A program made the translations under genes and the position numbers. The notes under the pieces were generated by a model. It was not told where the DNA came from, did not search any database, and saw only the letters and a program-made list of their open reading frames with translations. Shown piece after piece: positions 45,837 to 48,234 of a DNA stretch of 48,234 nt (the first letter of the stretch is position 1; each line of letters starts with the position of its first letter). The DNA is taken from positions 1 to 48,234 of the forward strand of contig JAADCT010000005.1 in NCBI GenBank assembly GCA_013154305.1, given 5' to 3'. This stretch comes from Aquificota bacterium. Its GTDB lineage: Bacteria > Aquificota > Aquificia > Aquificales > QOAS01.

Positions 45837-47942
45837 ATGTTGGGGCTGCTGCGGCGTTTTGACCACCGGCGGCTTTTGACCGAGGTGGTGGAACCGATAG
45901 CCAAGGCCTATTCCGGCATTTTGTTTTTACCCTCGCTGAGGTTGGGTTTGGCCCTTTTACTTTTAACCTTTTTGGACCTAAACGTGGGCCTTTCGGGGGC
46001 CGTTGCCATAATTTCGGCCTACCTGTTTGCCAAGTTTTTGGGCCTTTCCAAAACCTTTACCAGTTTGGACTACTACATTTACAACCCCCTTTTGGTCGGA
46101 TTGGGAATAGGTTTCCTCTTCAAGCTTTCGCCCCTGACGCTTTCCCTCATAGTGGTCCTTTCAATCCTCACCTTTTTGGTGACCTACACCCTATCCAACG
46201 TAATGGGTTACTACCTCGGTTTGCCCGTTTTGTCGATACCCTTCGTTTTGGTCAGCATCGTCGCCTACCTGGCGGCCTACAAGTATTCCAACCTCTTCGT
46301 TTACTACCTCTATCCCCACCGGCCGGGGTGGGAGTGGCTTTGGGACCTCCCGCAGTGGCTCCAGGGCTTTTTTTCCTCCCTCGGGGCCGTATTCTTTTAT
46401 CCGCAACCCTTGGTCGGTCTGCTCGTCTTTTTGCTCCTTTTGAGGTTCTCCCCCATAGCGGCCTTCTTGGCGGCTACCGGCTACGCCGCCGGAACCCTCT
46501 TTCTCCTCCAAATGGGCCTGACGCCGGAGGAGGTCTTCGGCGACCCTTCCGCCTTTAACTTCGTGCTGACGGCCGTGGCGCTCGGCGGCGTCTTCTTGGT
46601 TCCCCACCCCAAAAGCTACCTGCTGGCGCTGGCGGGAGTGCTGACGGCCGTTCCGGTCGTCGAGGCGGCCAAGGTCTTTTTCCAATACTACGGTCTGCCG
46701 ATTTTCGCCCTGCCCTTCAACGCGGTGGTTTTGCTCTTCGTCTACACCCTTTCGGTTTTGGGATTTAGGTACCGAAATTGGCTTTACCTCGGTTCGCCCG
46801 AAAGAAGCCTGGACCACTTTTTGGCCTACAGCCGCCGCTTTCCTCTGGTGGGAAGGGAGGTGGGCCTTCCCTTCAGCGGAAGGTGGACCGTTTGGCAGGG
46901 CTTCGACGGCGAGTGGACCCACAAGGGGCCGTGGCGCCACGCCCTCGACTTCGTAATTACCGACGAGGAGGGGAAAACCTACCGCGGCAGCGGCTACTAC
47001 CTTACCGACTACTACGCCTACCGGAAACCGGTTCTTTCGCCCGTCTCGGGAACGGTGGTGGAGGTGGTGGACGGCTTTCCCGACAACCCGCCCGGCCAGG
47101 CCGACAAGGAAAACAATTGGGGCAACTACGTCCTCATCTACGACTGGAGGGGTTTTTACGTCCTCCTGGCCCACTTTGCCCAAAACTCGATAAAGGTCAA
47201 AAAGGGCGACCGCGTCGAGAGGGGAACGCTTCTGGGCCTTTGCGGAAACAGCGGCTATTCGCCCCAACCCCACATTCACATGCACGTCCAGCTGACGCCG
47301 AAAGTCGGAGCTCCCACCGTTCCGTTCGTAATAGACGCCTACGTCAGGGAGGGACTGGAGCTCCGCGACTACTCCGTTCCGAAAAAGGGCGAGAGGGTCG
47401 AGGCCTTTTACCCGGACAAGGTTTTGAGGGAAAAGTTCAACCTCCTCATAGAGGACCGCTTCGACTTCGTCCTCGAAAAGGAGGGCGAGCGAAAAAGGGT
47501 TTCCCTTCGGGTGGAAATGGCCCCCGACGGCTCCTTTTACCTGACCGACGGGAAGGGGAAACTCTACTTCGGTCAAAAGTTCGGAATTTTTTACTGCTAC
47601 CGCCTCGAGGGCGAGGGCGAGGTCCTAAGCCTCCTCTTTAGGGCCCTGTCGAAGGTTCCGCTGAACTTCTCCAAACCGCTGGAGTGGGAGGACCACCTGC
47701 CGCTGGAGGTCGCCGTTTCGCCCGCCGCCAAAACCTTGGCCCTCTTTCTGACCTCCTTTTACCACGACCTTTTCCGCGTAAAGGTCAGGGCCCGCGCGAC
47801 CGGACCCCTCTCTTTTAAGTTCGAGGGAAGGGGTTGGAAGGCCGCCTTCGGCGGCGGGGTTAAAATTTCCCCGAAGGGACGGTTCGTTGAGGAGGTCCTC
47901 GTAGAGGAGGGCGAAAGGAAGGTCGTCCTCAAAAGGGCTTGA
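45837..47942 (+). CDS. Fusion protein: urea-transporter-like polytopic membrane domain, M23 (LytM) metallopeptidase domain and a roughly 200-aa C-terminal extension
   Basis: The first roughly 330 aa are multi-TM with UT-like stretches (AYSGILFLPSLRLGLALLLL, NFVLTAVALGGVF, LPIFALPFNAVVL). The M23 motifs are HALDFV (HxxxD) and GNSGYSPQPHIHMHV (HxH). Confidence 0.72.
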   Translation: MLGLLRRFDHRRLLTEVVEPIAKAYSGILFLPSLRLGLALLLLTFLDLNVGLSGAVAIISAYLFAKFLGLSKTFTSLDYYIYNPLLVGLGIGFLFKLSPLTLSLIVVLSILTFLVTYTLSNVMGYYLGLPVLSIPFVLVSIVAYLAAYKYSNLFVYYLYPHRPGWEWLWDLPQWLQGFFSSLGAVFFYPQPLVGLLVFLLLLRFSPIAAFLAATGYAAGTLFLLQMGLTPEEVFGDPSAFNFVLTAVALGGVFLVPHPKSYLLALAGVLTAVPVVEAAKVFFQYYGLPIFALPFNAVVLLFVYTLSVLGFRYRNWLYLGSPERSLDHFLAYSRRFPLVGREVGLPFSGRWTVWQGFDGEWTHKGPWRHALDFVITDEEGKTYRGSGYYLTDYYAYRKPVLSPVSGTVVEVVDGFPDNPPGQADKENNWGNYVLIYDWRGFYVLLAHFAQNSIKVKKGDRVERGTLLGLCGNSGYSPQPHIHMHVQLTPKVGAPTVPFVIDAYVREGLELRDYSVPKKGERVEAFYPDKVLREKFNLLIEDRFDFVLEKEGERKRVSLRVEMAPDGSFYLTDGKGKLYFGQKFGIFYCYRLEGEGEVLSLLFRALSKVPLNFSKPLEWEDHLPLEVAVSPAAKTLALFLTSFYHDLFRVKVRARATGPLSFKFEGRGWKAAFGGGVKISPKGRFVEEVLVEEGERKVVLKRA

Positions 47943-47967
47943 CTGCATCCGCCCTTTGGGGTATATT
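47939..47967 (+). promoter_or_regulatory. Sigma70-type promoter upstream of tRNA-Phe
   Basis: TTGACT (47939-47944), an exact 17-nt spacer, then TATATT (47962-47967), about 40 nt upstream of the tRNA 5' end. Confidence 0.5.
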
Positions 47968-48006
47968 TTTTACTCTCGGGTAAGGGTTCCTTGGGGGTTC
48001 GGAAAA

Positions 48007-48082
48007 GGCCCGGTAGCTCAGGTGGTAGAGCACCCGGCTGAAAACCGGGGTGTCGGCGGTTCGACTCCGCCCTGGGCCACCA
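48007..48082 (+). tRNA. tRNA-Phe (anticodon GAA), CCA encoded
   Basis: Hand-folded cloverleaf: acceptor GGCCCGG/CTGGGCC (one G-T pair), D arm GCTC..GAGC, anticodon stem CCCGG/CCGGG with loop CTGAAAA, T arm GGCGG TTCGACT CCGCC, then ACCA. Confidence 0.95.
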
Positions 48083-48160
48083 CTTAAGCAACCCCTCGGA
48101 GGGTTGCAAAGCTGTCTAGTGCGCCGGGTGGAACCCCCAGAACTCGGCACCATCCCCCCA

Positions 48161-48234
48161 GCCGGAGTGGCGGAACTGGCAGACGCGCCGTCTTGAGGGG
48201 ACGGTGCCCTTCGGGGCGTGCGGGTTCGACTCCC
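48161..48234 (+). tRNA. tRNA-Leu (anticodon GAG), truncated by the window end
   Basis: Acceptor GCCGGAG, anticodon stem CCGTC/GACGG with loop TTGAGGG, a long variable arm (GCCCTTCGGGGC) and the start of the T arm GCGGGTTCGACTCCC. Confidence 0.85.

Noticed and set aside
48083-48160. The spacer between tRNA-Phe and tRNA-Leu might be a small ncRNA or a terminator
   Set aside because: It holds only a single 7-bp hairpin without a U-tract. It is most simply a processing spacer in a co-transcribed tRNA cluster.

Overview
This is a densely coded 48.2 kb bacterial chromosomal window with about 40 CDS, two tRNA genes at the 3' end, and intergenic gaps mostly under 100 nt. Hand-sampled stretches are GC-rich (about 55-60% GC) and the proteins are rich in E, K, R and L, as in thermophiles. 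Gene content points to a diderm bacterium (lpxK, lptB, murJ, TolC/RND, a beta-barrel OMP). BioW, a stand-alone MnmC2/DUF752 methyltransferase and TruD suggest an Aquificota-like lineage, but this is inference, not proof. Most genes are housekeeping: aspartate aminotransferase, infB, miaA, purM, truD, lpxK, murJ, hfq, ispA, pyrC, alaC-like, lptB, argS, serA, bioW, epmA, aroC and mobA. I saw no CRISPR array, cas gene, transposase, integrase or prophage gene. The main candidate for something undescribed lies at about 12.9-18.8 kb. There, an ORF-sized low-GC island (about 37-40% GC) encodes a non-DNA-type SAM methyltransferase. It abuts a tightly coupled pair with host-like composition: a roughly 915-aa SF2 (DExH-like) motor protein with unassignable N- and C-terminal domains, and a 790-aa protein in which I recognise no motif. 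Secondary points of interest:
- an orphan DUF262/ParB-like protein;
- an 879-aa LVIVD-repeat beta-propeller protein coupled to aroC;
- a fusion of a urea-transporter-like membrane domain to an M23 peptidase;
- an RND efflux system with a divergently placed adaptor gene;
- a ylxQ-like ORF that runs 209 nt into infB;
- recurring AT-rich elements (TGnAATAAT and ATAACTTC) directly upstream of SD-less start codons, which suggest leaderless or near-leaderless mRNAs.
All functional calls come from reading the translations by eye. No database search was run.
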